A stretch of 62,701 nucleotides of DNA, filler included, from Globobulimina sp. (GCA_003354225.1; 25 parts of 25 records of this genome joined end to end with filler, not necessarily neighbours in it), one strand, 5' to 3'; counted from the first letter of the whole stretch, positions 20,456 through 35,186 are shown. Numbers and translations are program-made. Notes: generated by a model from the letters alone, not told the origin.

Positions 20456-22523
20456 TCAATCTTCAAATTGCAATGGTTCTTCTTCCACATCACCAGTACC
20501 TTCCACCTGCGCATTATCCTTCTTTTGCGACCTCACCACACAGCCAATTATACCAAAACATGTCAATAAACAAATACTTAATAAAATATAAAACATCGCA
20601 GATTCATAAAAATGCCCACCTTTATTCGTAATCGTATCAAACGTCGACTTGTTTTCTTTTTGCTCATCGCCTTGCACTCCATTGCCATCCCCACCATTTT
20701 CATTGTTATCCCCTACGACATAATTATTGACAGCACCGGTCGTTGTCGTAGTAGTTGTTGTTGTAAACACTGTCGATTCGCATTCCGGTGCTGGTATTTT
20801 CCATTGACATGACTCAAAATCATCATTCTCATTCGCTTTGCATTCAATATCATCCACACTGTCGATACTCACATTCAATGCCTTCGAAGTACGACATCCA
20901 TCACCATCCAGAATAGCAAACTGTACATAACCGCCACACGGCACAATCTCACATCGCATCTCGTCCTTAAACCACTGTTCAAATATCATATCATTATTCA
21001 TCTGTTCATCATCATATATCTCGCCATACGTAAACAACTCCTCATCCTTCATGCAATATGGATTGTTATTATTGAATCCAATGCAAACCTCATACATATC
21101 CTCGCTATCCAATAGGCGCCGACTCGCAGTCTGTCCGTGTACGGTATGCGCGGCAGGATTCATATCAACATTTGGCCGAATGGCAATATTCAAACACGGT
21201 GATTGCTCAATACACTCGTCCACAGAGCTGGCGATATTGGTAGGATATGGCGTTTGTGGCTTGCTGTTACGATCATAATTCCTATTCGCAGCACAATTAA
21301 ATGCATAAACACCTATACTCGCACTCGACTTATACCCTACAAATAAGTACGCCATTCCACCATCAATATCCTGTTGAAATATCAACGTTTCTGGCTCGAC
21401 ATCGCCAGAAGAAGCCGGAGGACGTACATCGTCGCCATATTCCACACTGAAATCACGCGAAGTGAGATATTGTACAAAATGTATCTCGTTATCATCCACA
21501 TCGGTCATATCATACACCATTATGCCGCCCACTCGTTCTAATCCAATAAAAACATACGTATCGCCATTGCTGCACTCACCAACCACTATCGACTCAGGTT
21601 CCGGTCCGCGATCATCACTGTTTTCGTTGTTTTAACCGTCATTTCTATCAAATTAACCTACGAATTAACTACAAACCTTCTTGTATCAAATGAGGGAACA
21701 TCAAAATCAGAATTAAATGAGTCCACAGCACCAAAAGCAGCCGTAATCTGTTCGAAATCATCATAACTTGAAAAAGTAAGTTTTAATCCCGATGGATAAC
21801 CGCAGGGACACTCTTCGTCATCGTTGTGATTTATTACACGCCAAATGGTAAAATCACGGCTGCCGAAGGTATACAACTTACTGAAACTGCCATCGTCCTC
21901 TTCGCCAAACTGCTCGCCGCCGGCCACGATCTGTAATCTGCCCAAATGATAATCATCGCGTAACGTCACATCGTCGCCATCTGTAAACGTTTCTGCATTT
22001 AATATCACTTGATTTACACGCAACGTATCATAATATTTAGGATTGCCTTCGTTCGCAGTCAGTATGTACTCATTGCCGCTCACACCCTGCTTATAATAGG
22101 CAATCCCATCCGGTTGGCGCAAGCCATACAAATTAGGGTATTTTTTTATATTGATACCGCCGTCGCGATCGGACGCATCTAAACCACTGAAACTGAAGTC
22201 GTGTACACCAAAGGAATAAATTTCTTCGATTTCGAGCTTGTTAATATCTAAAATCGCCACGCCATTGTTTTCCTGCAAGGTGATATATGCATATTTGTCC
22301 TGGGCGTCGATGGTAATATATTCCGGTTCCACATTGAGCGAAAATACAGCGTCTGGTTTGGAGAAATATATACCGTTTGGTAAGGGTTTGAGTGCGTCGT
22401 TGTTGTAACGGTCGAAGTCTTTGAAATCGATATTATAGATTTTCCACAGTGCTGCGTCGCTGTCGGTGATGTCGATGACCGATATAGAGCCTTCAGGGTC
22501 GTCGGCCTCGCCATCTGCTAAAC
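20456..22523 (-). CDS. Choice-of-anchor I (PhoA-associated beta-propeller) protein with C-terminal TM; intron 21618-21676; 5' partial
   Basis: EPEYI, TLQENN, GLDASDRDG, QPDGI, TANEG, FGSRDFTIW, FEQITA, spliced DTRSDDRGPEPES, and GLERVGGIMVYD. Confidence 0.88.
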
Positions 22524-22623
22524 NNNNNNNNNNNNNNNNNNNNNNNNNNNNNNNNNNNNNNNNNNNNTTAATTAATTAANNNNNNNNNNNNNNNNNNNNN
22601 NNNNNNNNNNNNNNNNNNNNNNN

Positions 22624-23909
22624 ATATTTTTTATATGATTCGTTAAATTACATTTCACCGTAAACCTATTGCCACATTTTTTGCATTGGAATGGTTTTTC
22701 ATTCGTATGACTCCTTATATGATTAGTTAAGTGTTGCTTACTTTTGCCACTAAATGGACAATGTGGACAGACATGCGATGGGGGATAATTATTTTTTTGA
22801 TTGTTATTATTATCATTTTGTATACAATTATGACGGTCTGAGACCGAGTCTGAATGTGTAGATATCGATGATGTGTTATTACTTTTTTGTTTTTTTTTTG
22901 GAAAAAATGATCTTGGTTTTACACTAATATTTGTATGCGATAATAGATGATGGTTGAAATTATTTTCAATTCCTGTAATGTATGGACAATATTTGCATTT
23001 CAATTTGCTGATTTTGCTAAATTTATTCAATATAAATGCATGTTTATCATGGCAACGACTATCTTTTTGCAGCTCTACAGTTTCTTTGCCATATTCAATG
23101 TTGCAAACCTGGCAAATATCTCTTAAATGCAAGTCAAAATGTAACAATTGCATTGCCTTCGATTCATTTTGAAATGATCCGTTACATATTTTGCAATGGA
23201 TCCGTTGGAAATAATTATTGTTTTCAGCCAAATTTGTATTTGGAACTGATATCGTCGCATTTTCTAATGGTTCGAGGCCAGGTACTGCTGCTATACTTTT
23301 TTGGCTATGATCTTTTAGGAAATGAGAAGTTAATTCATTTACAACAACTGTCTCAAATTCACACTCTGTACATTTTAATTTATCCATTTTAGTCTCATCA
23401 ATGTCTTCCAGACCAGGCACTGATTCTGATTTTATATTAGTATTGGATTCATTTTGCGTTTGTTGTTTTTGTTTATTGATATCTTCAATACAGATCCGAT
23501 TGATTTCATTATGCAAGTTTTTTATTTGTGATTTCAGCTCATTTTTTACATTATTTTGATATTGTTCCCATTTTGCAAACTGCAGTTCCATTGCTTTAAT
23601 AATATTCATATATTGAGCATCCAATTTATTTTTGCTTTCTTCTAACATTTTTATTTGCTGATTGGTATCGCCTGCATTGACATTGTTTGTTAAATCTATC
23701 CGATTATCATTATTTTGTGAGGCTAATAGGCTTAGAATAGAGGTTGATATTTCAATTACATTGTTATAATAATCCGCTCGGACAAGATTTAAATGCTTTG
23801 TTTTATTGATTGGTGTCAGTTGTTGGGCATTATAGATATCATTCAGTAGCTGGTCACAAGATTCATTGATTATGTCGTGAACGTTCCCAAACTGATTCTT
23901 CGATTCCAT
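22624..23909 (-). CDS. C2H2 zinc-finger protein, 3' partial
   Basis: Several CxxC..HxxxH fingers with an HTNEKPF linker; N-terminal coiled coil. Confidence 0.88.
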
Positions 23910-23979
23910 TAAATGTCTAAGTAATTATTTTAGCTTTCACAGTTTTTCTGAAAAACATCCATAAAACAAATACAGAACC

Positions 23980-24987
23980 ATGTCGCAAGCTATATCATCT
24001 GACACTTTCCTCTACAGTTTCACTTTACAGTCCGCCGGTGCTATAACCAACGCAATCTACGGCAATTTCTCCGCACCGCGCGCACAAGAAATCATCGTGT
24101 CCCGTGGTAAGATCATTGAGTTACTACGTCCTGACGATGAATCTGGTCGCATTGTCTCCGTCGTATCATGGCAATGTTTTGGCATCATCCAATCCCTCGC
24201 TCCATTCCGTTTAACCGGATCTAGTTTTGATTACATTGTCGTCGGCAGTGACAGCGGCAAAATAGTAATCTTGCAGTACTCGGCAGAGAAGAACAAATTC
24301 ATTGTGATCCACATGGAAACCTATGGCAAATCGGGTTGTCGCCGCATTGTACCCGGCAAGTATTTGGCCACCGATCCACGCGGTCGATCCTTAATGATCG
24401 GAGCTGTGGAAAAGTCAAAATTTGTATACATATTAAACCGCGACGCCTCGGCCAAACTAATCATCTCTTCGCCGTTGGAAGCGCACAAATCGAATACGAT
24501 CATATTTTGTATGTGCGGCGTGGACGTTGGCTTTGATAATCCGATGTTTTGCTGTTTGGAGATTGATTATCTTGACGTTGAGCGGGAATTGCAAGAAGAC
24601 CCAAATACTGATCCTATGAAACATAAATTATTAACGTTTTATGAGTTAGATTTGGGTTTAAATCATGTGACACGTAAATGTGCAGAGGAGGTCGATGCGG
24701 GTTTGTTTTTTTATTTTTGTTACAGCGCAAGGATTTGTTTTTGATGACATTGTAATTTGTGACAATATCTAGGCGCCAATATGTTGATAACAGTGCCCGG
24801 TGGCGATGATGGACCCGGCGGTGTATTGATATGTGCTGAAAATAAGATAATTTATCAAAATTATGATGCCGATACGGATGAAATCGTAGCACCAATACCC
24901 AGACGAATGGGGGATGACTCTCAAGGCATTTTGATTGTGTCTGCGGCGACGCACAAACAGAAGGATTTATTTTTCTTTCTCGTGCAA
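23980..24987 (+). CDS. SF3B3: Splicing factor 3B subunit 3 (SAP130/Rse1), 3' partial; intron 24701-24772
   Basis: LYSFTLQ, GNFS, VGSDSGKI, ETYGKSGCRRIVPG, SSPLEAHK, DVGFDNPMF, YELDLGLNHV, VPGGDDGPGGV. Confidence 0.97.
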
Positions 24988-25136
24988 GTTTGGTTGCTTT
25001 TTTTATATATTTTTCATAGAAACAAATGTTTTTTTANNNNNNNNNNNNNNNNNNNNNNNNNNNNNNNNNNNNNNNNNNNNTTAATTAATTAANNNNNNNN
25101 NNNNNNNNNNNNNNNNNNNNNNNNNNNNNNNNNNNN

Positions 25137-27346
25137 AAATATCAGCGAATCATATTGGATTTATGCAGCAAAAATACGACAAAATTGTGGAACAAACATT
25201 CAAATTTGATACAGTGTATAACACAAATTCCAAACAAGAAGACATATTCTCAAAAGAGGTAGAACCGCTCATGGAACACATATTAAATGGCAAGAAATGT
25301 ACAATATTTTGTTATGGTCCAACAGGTTCAGGAAAAACATTCACTGCTTTTGGTTGCAATGATAATCCTGGCATTATGGCAAGAACTATACAGTGTATAT
25401 TAGATGTTAAATTTGACAAAATCCAGGAAAATATGCATAAAAATAACAAATATGAATGCAAAATATTGTTATCGTCGCTAGAAATATATAATGAGAGAGT
25501 GTACGACTTATTGTCAATAAACAACAATATAACATTACACAAACAGGGCTTACAAGTTCGGCAAATCAACGACGACATTCTGGTTCAGGGTCTTAGCAAG
25601 GTTTGTGTGCTTTGTTTGCGTCGATCGGAATTGCGCTGCAACAAAATGCGAATAAAAACAGACCGAATTAACTTCCATGGAGCAATTCTATGCTATTTAT
25701 AACCGTTCAATGAAGCAAAGAAAGACTGCCTTCACTGTACTCAACGCACACTCTTCACGCTCGCATGCCATATTTACCATTTATATGGAACAGAAAATGC
25801 ATATAATATCAACTAAGAAGTGCAATAATAGCAAAACCAGGCATATTTGTGGCAAACTGTCAATTGCGGATTTAGCGGGATCTGAGAACAATAAACGGAC
25901 AGAAAACACCGGCGATCGATTGACAGAGAGTAAAAATATAAATAAGTCGTTATTTGCGCTGGGAAAAGTCATCGAGGCTTTGAATCGCGGCACAAAGCCG
26001 CCGTACAGAGATAGTGTGTTAACCCGTTTATTGTCTGACTGTTTGGGCGGACACTCTATGTCGACAATGATTTGTTGTGTTTCTGGCTCATTGACGGAGT
26101 GTTTGATGACGCGGAGATGCCTGGAATTTGGTAGTAATACTCGCAAAATCGAAAATAAAATTATTGCACATATTACGACTACGAATAATAACGCAAACAA
26201 CACAAACCACAAAAAGAGGAAATATAACGATGTGAATTCGAATATGAGTCATAAGCATAACAAAAGAATTAAATTAAGCAAAAAAACAGCGTCAATGTCG
26301 AGCACTGACGAAATTCATGGGACTCCCAATCAAAAATTAAATAAAAAGCAGAATAAAAAGAAGAAGAAAATTCGATACTCGATCCAGCCGACACCATCTA
26401 AATTTATCCCAAATGACGCACATAATTTGCAAAAACATGAAGAAATTGTCAGGAATAAAATGATTGAGTTAGGTGTGTGTTGTGTGCAGTGTATACAAGT
26501 TCAGACTTTGTAAAATTATGCAGTAAAATTGACGAATTAACAAAGAATGTGGTGAAAATCACGGGAATATTGGAACAAAAGTCAGAAGAAGTAAAGGAGG
26601 AAGAGAGGGAATTGAGTGTGTATAGGAATGATTCGTTTGGATTGCCGCCGGTTTATACGCCGGCAGTGGCCAATGCTGCTTTGGCTGTTTCTAAAATAAA
26701 AGAAGCGAGGAAATTGGAGAAAAAAGGCAAAATAAAACAAGCACTGCGGAAATATGAACAGGCAAAAATATTATTGCCGCAACATAAAAATTTACAAAAA
26801 AAAATAGAAAAATTGCTACTTAGTTTAGTGTTGAAGTCATTGCGGTTTTTAGTTTCTTTCATTTTTTTTTGAACAGAATTTGAACCGGGAATTATTCAAC
26901 AATTACATTTTGAGGATGATGATTGTTGTGAGGAGAATGAAGCTGTTAAAAGCAAGAAAAAAAGGAAAATATTGAGAAAAAAAAGAAACGTGGAGATTAA
27001 GATTAATGATCCGGTTAAAAATGATGTTGTTGCTGAGGATGAAGCGTTGGATAGCTCTGAATTTTCGTACAGACCGGACACAGAAAGGATTCTTAATACT
27101 ATGAACGACTCAACAATGGGACAGTTAAAAACCTTGGCAACGATCGGCTCATCAAAAGCCGCCGCCATTGTGGCATGTCGCCCGTTCCATAAAGTATGTT
27201 TCTTTATATATTTGTTTTATAGATTCATGATTGATGCATACAAATATAAACAGATAACGCATTTGAGAAAGATTAAAGGATTCAATACTTTAAAAAGTTG
27301 GAATAAATTTATTGAACACAATAAACTTGTTTTTCAAAACAAATGA
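25137..27346 (+). CDS. Kinesin motor with C-terminal helix-hairpin-helix (kinesin-10/KIF22-like), multi-exon, 5' partial
   Basis: YGPTGSGKT, LEIYNE, NAHSSRSH, DLAGSE, PYRDSVLTRLL; HhH motif LKTLATIGSSKAAAI. Introns at ~25601-25661, ~26474-26523, ~26820-26877 and ~27194-27253. Confidence 0.88.
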
Positions 27347-27649
27347 TTTTTCTAAAATAGGATATTGACTAGTTTTAGTACGTAATAATTGTTTTAAAAT
27401 ATCAATTATCAAATCGTAATTTATTTAATTTTTGTGATGTATTTTTGCGAATTTGTTCTGGTTTCATCCGTTCATAGTATCTCTCCCACTTTATTGTTTT
27501 TCTCCACTTCGCGATTGTTGCCAGTACTTCCTGTTTGATTTTATATAGCNNNNNNNNNNNNNNNNNNNNNNNNNNNNNNNNNNNNNNNNNNNNTTAATTA
27601 ATTAANNNNNNNNNNNNNNNNNNNNNNNNNNNNNNNNNNNNNNNNNNNN

Positions 27650-28211
27650 ATGACTGAGATTGTGGTTGATAGGCATGGTTCTGTTGGACATTGTGAGTGT
27701 ATGATGGCTGCGTTGGTTGAGAGTGATATGGATGTGGTTGAGGTTGAGGTTGATGTTGATATACATGTGGTTGTGGGTGATATGACTGCGGTTGTGGTTG
27801 ATACGCATGTGGCTGATGTTGATATGTATGAGTATGAGGTGGCTGTTTTGGTAGCGATGGACATGAATGGGCCTGTCGTTGGTGTGAATAGTTTTGATTT
27901 GTGGATTTGGATTTTGATTTTGATTTGTTTTGTTGTGCTATATGTGGCTGTATTGTATGCTGTTTATTGATTGAAGATTTAGGTTTTGTTTTATGTTTTG
28001 CTTTGTGACTAGATTTATATGATGACTTTTTCGGAGTTGATTTCTGTTTTGATTTAGATGATGATTTTGGTTTTGATTTGGATGATGATTTTTTCTTGCT
28101 CGATTTTTTCTTTTTTTTATTGAATGGATTCAAATTGTCAAGTCCTTCATGTATTTTTGCAGTGTTGACCCATGGATTTGAGTGGTGATCGCTAGATTGT
28201 TGTCCCCACAT
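27650..28211 (-). CDS. Low-complexity K/S- and Q/H/P-rich protein, 3' partial
   Basis: ATG at 28211; KSSSK and YQPQP/HPQP repeats run to the contig edge. Confidence 0.6.
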
Positions 28212-28293
28212 TGTATATATTTATGTTAGTGAACTATTTAATATTAGGAAAACCTCAATAAAAAAAACAAAAAAAAACACAAAAAAACACAAT

Positions 28294-29863
28294 TTATGAT
28301 GATTTGGTAAATTGCAATACTGTCGGAGCTATTATCTGTTGATGATTCGGTCTTGTTTTTGTTTGTGGGTTTAAATAATCGCGGACAATAAATGTTGTGT
28401 TTGTCTGAGTAGTCCATTCATGTTCATTCAAACAAAAACCTGGTAAATTATTAATACAATTTTGTGGTCGACTTAATTGAATAACAAACATATTTTGTTT
28501 ATATTTATTATCATGTCCAATATCAATCGGAAATATTAATGCACTCTCATCATATTGATAATTATTAATCGAAGGTCCAGCAGCATTTGAATGTACGTGC
28601 ACCGAATATAAGACAACATTTGAATATACGGTCATATTTACATCATGATGATTTACACCAACTACAATAAATATTGTATTGTCATCTAAATGAAAATAAG
28701 TAAAATTGGATATGTTCATACTCCAATATTGTGCATCACGATTATCACCAAGACAGTTGTTATCATAATCAATACATTCAAATCCGTAATGATACTCAGG
28801 TTCGTGGTAAAATTGTTTAAATGCATACGATCCTTCTAATGAATAACTTATATAATAAAATATGTGAAACATAATATGGCGGGTTAACAAATGCAATGTA
28901 TACACTCTAAAATGTGCAACAAAGCGAATTGTGTACGTCAACAAAAAGAACTTACCTTAAATTGTTGAAGAAATAATCAATTAAACTTGCTTTGTATTGT
29001 TGAAAAGGTTGGAGATATTCTGTATTCTCGTCATATTTATCTGTACTGTTTCTGGTGATTGGTTCAAATGGAATTCGTGGTTGCATACAATCTTTATTTT
29101 CAATGTAATATACGGTTTGATTTCTAGCAATAAACTGTTGATATTCTGTTTTATTTTCGGGCAACGCACTGCGATAAAGTACAGCCAAGCTGTCATACAT
29201 TTGGGTGTCTGATGTCGTGTCGTTATAAGGTGCAAAGTATACATATTGAGCAGGGATCGAATTTAAATTTATTGTTTTTGATAAGCCACTTTTAGTGAGT
29301 TCGGTTGATATATCATTAAATGTCTGTTGATCAGCAGTTGTAATGACTGTGGTTAATGAATCATAATTATTATTGATACTATGCTCAATACTCCAATTCA
29401 TATAATCTGTGGAATTAACTACTAAATTATTAATAGATGCTCCTAAAGATGCAAATAGTAGTTCCGTATGTCGATGTGATGCGTTTATTGGATTAAATCG
29501 TTGATAAATATATGGAACAAAACTAAAATATTTGATTTTTGGTGGAGTACATCCTGTCCATAATACAGCATCACAGCCACTGTACGGTCTCCACGATAGT
29601 TTTGATGTTTGTTGTATATCATTGTTTGTGGCAAATTGATAAACGCCATAAACTGAGCTTGGATTGGCATAAAAATGAGTTGCATTCACTAAAAATGTCA
29701 AATTTCCTTCGATAATGGTATATCCTATTTCAGATAATGAGTCCAAAACAGATTGGTATTTATTGTTATTATGACCATTAAGTCCAATGCACGATTGAGA
29801 GCTAACGTGCATTAAAAAACCAACAATTGCCGCAATCAAATATCGAGTTAAATCCATCGTCAC
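28294..29863 (-). CDS. Hypothetical secreted protein, two exons (intron ~28846-28955)
   Basis: Signal peptide; GCTPP..KYFSF..Y, LFASLG, CLGDNRDAQY and VGVNH motifs; GTAAG donor at ~28955. Confidence 0.7.
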
Positions 29864-30162
29864 TATGTTTCTTTGTTTGCGAAGATGATTATAGATTACA
29901 ACAGTACGTGACTTTCCTTTTCCGTTGCTTAAAAATAACAGTTAGTAGTGAACTAAAGATAATTTATTTAACTAAGCTAGCCGAGCTGTTCTATTTTTCA
30001 TGTATTCCCACCATGAGTCCTTCCTCACGGATCAACTTTTTTGCGGCAGCAATAGCATCTGCNNNNNNNNNNNNNNNNNNNNNNNNNNNNNNNNNNNNNN
30101 NNNNNNTTAATTAATTAANNNNNNNNNNNNNNNNNNNNNNNNNNNNNNNNNNNNNNNNNNNN

Positions 30163-32574
30163 CCCTGAATAGCGCTGTTTTTTGTGCATTGTGGAATGTT
30201 ATGGTTTTATATTGATTCAGTTTATCGATAATCATTCGGATTTCATTGATTGTGAAATAGGTAAATAGCGGAGAATTATTTCGTAGATTTTTAACGTAAT
30301 TATTCCATGCCAACACCCTTTGTTTCATTTCTTTGCGTTTATTATCAAATACCTTAAAATCTGAGGATGCTTTAATTTTATTCTCTTTTTCATCATTTTG
30401 ATGGGAATATCTTCCTCCTTTTAATATAAACTGTACTCTTAATTCGCTAATTTCTTTGCAAATTTCTAGCTTTTTGATATAATCTTCAACATTTCCTTCA
30501 TACCTTTCATACTTTTCATCATCTTTCAATTCGTCAAATTTTTCTTCTGTATATTCAATATTTTCTATATTCTCATCAATGATATCCAACTCATCATTTT
30601 CTTCTTCGCTCTCCTCCTCATCTTCGTTATAATTCATTCTTCGGCACAATAATATAATATCTATCATATTTTCTATCATTTCACAATCATATTTATCCAA
30701 ACTCAAGCACTGTTTACCAATCTCTGTAGCATTGACGTCTTCTGAACTATCAATCGTACATTTTATCGCATTTTGGTCTTGAAATGTAAAAAAATCCATT
30801 TGCATTGCCTTATCTACACACAATAAAAGCATAAAAACCATCTGTTCTGAAAAACACACAAACAAACAAATACCTAATTTTTGCATATCGCGCACCTCAG
30901 CCATCTTACCCGCGTCTTCAACTATTCTCTTAATACGCGGCAAAGCTTTGAAAATTCATAAACAAAATATATATTAATACAAATATTAATGTATAACACA
31001 CCATCGTGAACTTGCAATATATTATTTATATCATTTTGTTTCAACGCAATTTGTGCAAAATACCGCATTAATTGTGTCCTTCCTTTATATTCCTTCTCCC
31101 AAATGGCTTTGAATTTCTTTTGTACGGACCTTAACGCTCCGGATAATTGCGTTAGTTCCCCATCATTGGAATCGTCCAACAACGTTAATGTTTCAATAAA
31201 AAATTCATCTTTAAATTCCTCATCGTTGCTCATTCTGATCACGGAGGTGGAACAGGAACAAGTCGCTGCAATCCAGTCTTTATGTAATTTACTAAAATGA
31301 GTATGAATGGCATTTTCCATATTTTTATATAATTTTGCTGCTTCGGCAATATCCTGAAACTTATCATTTTGTTTTGATTTTGCAATGGCCAAAGTATGCA
31401 ATAAATCATTCCAATTCGCGTCTTTTTGTGATTTGATTTTGGTATTGCAATCAATAAATATTTGCACAATTTTAGTCAAATTAATCACAAATGGTATATA
31501 TAAATCTAATTTTAATGAATCCTCCATATCACGCTTGATCTCATTGATTTGCTTTTTGTTCACAGCCATTCCGCCCAATTCTTTGATCAAATCTAAATCT
31601 TTAAACCATTTCCTATTTATTTTCACATGAATATGATTTATATTTGTTTTCAAAGCCGAATTAAAGGGAAATTCACCTGTCTTCATAGGTCAATTTCTTT
31701 TTTTTTATACGATTTGTTAAATCATCCCATGATCTTTTTGCTTTTTTATACAAAACCTTGAGATAATGAACATATTGCCAGGTATATTCCATTTGTATCT
31801 GTCGTCGTTCGTAATACCATATATTAATAAACACCAAATTATCCTGTCTTTCATGCAAAAATTGTAACTTATCATCATTGTTATTATGCATTAATAACTG
31901 CTTCCATTCTCTTCGCCGTTTTACCGTTTTATAACTTGCCATATCCCAATTCTTCAAAAAATTCACAAACTCTTTCGTTTCATTAAATATCTCATCTTCA
32001 TCCTGTTTCGTATACTTTGTCAAAAATGTAATAAAATATGATTTCAAATTATACCAAATTCCATATTTTTTCACCATCGCATTCAACGTATTTATCCTCG
32101 ATTTCTTATTGAACCATGGCATGCATTTCTGTATCAATAACTTCATTGTATCCGCTTTCTTATCCAATAAATCAATACATTTTATATTCAACCGCTTCGA
32201 CGACATATATTTGTCTAACTTCTTCAATTGTTCTTGACAAAATAATATAAACTTATTCAACGATATCAAATGTTTATTTTTCACACTGAATCCCGCCCAT
32301 TTTATCATTAAAATGCAATATTCTAATTTCTCATAATATAAATTATCAATCACATCTAAAAACACATCATTGTCATCACTTTCATCCGAATCATCGCTTT
32401 TTAATTCCATATCAATCTCAAAATCTTCCTCGTTCTTATCCTCCATATCCTCCTTCTTATACAGCTCAAAATCATCAATTGTTAAATTATTATGATGCTG
32501 ATTCTTATCTTTGTCATTCGGCGATACTGCAAATCTAAGAATATCCTGCTCAGCGCCTGGTAAATCTATTAATT
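30163..32574 (-). CDS. Internal fragment of a large helical hypothetical protein (multi-exon)
   Basis: Consecutive long ORFs joined by GT-AG introns, e.g. 31613-31676 giving YEDR-KWFKD; open at both contig ends. Confidence 0.65.
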
Positions 32575-32674
32575 NNNNNNNNNNNNNNNNNNNNNNNNNN
32601 NNNNNNNNNNNNNNNNNNTTAATTAATTAANNNNNNNNNNNNNNNNNNNNNNNNNNNNNNNNNNNNNNNNNNNN

Positions 32675-34631
32675 GGTGCAGGCATTGGCATTGGCGACAG
32701 TGACGGTGATGGCGCCATTGGCGGAATCATTGTTTCCTTCTTATTGTTATAATCTGCCTCCTCTTTCTCTACGAAACAACCACCACAAATTACATGTGTT
32801 TTGTCGTTGGTTTTGTTGCAAAGCACACATTTCCAATCTTTTGCAATTGGTTTTGAGTTTAAATTTACATCAATTTTGTTTTTTAATCTAGCAATTCTTG
32901 ATAAAGTTGCTGTGGCTGATTCTTGTATTTGTTGAATTGCATCAATGGTTTGTGGCTCAGACGTGTTATTATCAGCATCTGATGAAATTGATGCTATCTG
33001 GATTGGATTTAATAGTCCCGGTGGTATCGGCATTGGTGCCGATGGTTTGCTGCATATAATATATTTTATTATTGTACGACCGTTGAGGTATAAATAGAAA
33101 ATATATGCATAGAAAAGAACTTTTCAACAATATGCGGTGTTGCTTGTGTTTGTGGGCCAAATTGAATCTGACCGGCAGACTTTGAACGTGTTCTATTTTG
33201 GGCTTTATTTGAATTATCTGCATCAATGGCCACTGGTATCGATCCTAAAGCAGATGTATTAATTTTTTCACGTATTACTTTATTTGTTTGTATGTCGACG
33301 CCCTTTGGAGCAGTAGGCATCAATCCCCTTAATTGTGGCGACGATGACACATCAAAATGTTTGTGTATATCTGGTAATGTTTTGGTTAAATCGATATCTG
33401 GAAATGGTGCAGTTTCAGTTCTCTCCTTGTTTGCTTTTTGCAGCCATTGTTCAATGGTAACTGGTGGCGATATCGAGGCAGAATTGTTTTCATTAAACAG
33501 CTTCAGATTGTCAATGGTTAATGGTGGCGCCTCTGGAGACGAAGCAGGACTACGCAAGGGATTACGTACCGGCCTATCTGTATAGTGTTGCTACGGTATA
33601 ACACGCAAAATAACACAAGGATAAGACAGAAACAACATACTGGATTTTATTAAAATATCCTTTAATTTGGGAAGCACTCGTTTTGGTTTCCATTTGGGGC
33701 TGATTTCGTGTGGTAAGGGGGTCATCTTTGTATTTCGAAAGGGCCACTCTTGATTCACTGCGTCAAATCTTTCAATTCCTAAATGTAACACACTTTGCTT
33801 ATCCACAGCGACAACTAATTTATCAATATCGCACAGAGTAACCTCTTCGAAATCATTTGGGACTTCGACCCATCGATTGATGTTCTCACTGGTTTTAATG
33901 CCAGCATTGTGATTGTGATATGCCTCAATTTGAGACATGTTTATTTTCATATGTTTGTTGTTGAGCGGATATATACGTTTTAAATAACGAAAATTAATCC
34001 AGACATGCACAAAATAGGAGTAATGCTGCGGATTGACATACGGCATAAAGTCACCCAATGAATGATAGTCATAATTATCTTTGCATCGTGCTTCTAATTC
34101 AATGGCTATCCTTCTTAATGTCGTATTTTCTTTTACTACAAATATTGTATCATGCTCATCCCTTAAAATGTCACTGTCGGGATATTTTTTTTCGTCTTGA
34201 TCGCAAATGTTATCTTGGTTGGGATTGTCGTGAATGTTATAATTTAATTTAATGAAATAGAAATTGAAATATTTTATGATCATATCTTTAATGACCGTGG
34301 GTATAATGTCTCTATTTTGTGAGCTACGAATGTAACCAGCCATTAATATTTGTGAAATGCGAGTGATTCGAAATTGAATGTATTCTTCAGGGATTTTGGG
34401 GATTTTCGACGGTAGTTTGGGTTCTAATGGACGTGGTATTGGTGTTGAAAATTTTGCAGCGTCACCAGACAATACACAATTTATTGCGCCTTCTGCATTT
34501 GAGCCGAATATTTGTGCCACTGTTACACTTTCAGCTGCAGCAAATCCCATGTTTATGAGTGTTTGATATGTGTGTAATTGGGACCCTATTAAGGATGCTG
34601 CGGGGTCTGCTGGTTGCTGTGGCGTTGCCAT
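32675..34631 (-). CDS. Multi-exon protein with N-terminal UBA-like motif and RanBP2-type zinc finger, 3' partial
   Basis: TLINMGF..A..AIN (UBA-like); WKCVLCNKTN...ICGGC; Pro-rich linkers. Confidence 0.6.
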
Positions 34632-35186
34632 TGTAAAATGTAAAGTAAAATGTGCTTTTCTGAAATAATCATGGAACGTAGATAAAAATCTGCGGGATTG
34701 AGAACATGTTTATAATTATTCATCGACAAACACGAGTATTAAAGTAAAGTTATATCATTATTATGTTTTCTAAACTGATTATATCTGCCATCGACTAACT
34801 GACCGACAAATTCATCAATTTCATTTTCATGAAATACGTTTTTTAACAACTTCCTAACCTCACTTCTATATTTTGAATATTTCTCATCAGAATTCAAAAA
34901 TGATTTGAATATTTCAGTGGTAATGTTTTCATTTGCTCCATATTTGTTAAATAAAACCCTTTCAATATTCCTACCGATTGCGATTTTCTGTTCAATTGTT
35001 TTATCATCAAATATCTGATTAATATCAATCTTCGTTTTACTTTTATTGAGTTGTCGCTCATTCTCAAATACAATATTGGCCTGTTTNNNNNNNNNNNNNN
35101 NNNNNNNNNNNNNNNNNNNNNNNNNNNNNNTTAATTAATTAANNNNNNNNNNNNNNNNNNNNNNNNNNNNNNNNNNNNNNNNNNNN

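Noticed and set aside
31613-31706. Possible programmed frameshift at an A9 run between ORFs
   Set aside because: Explained by a GT-AG intron at 31613-31676 that restores the frame.
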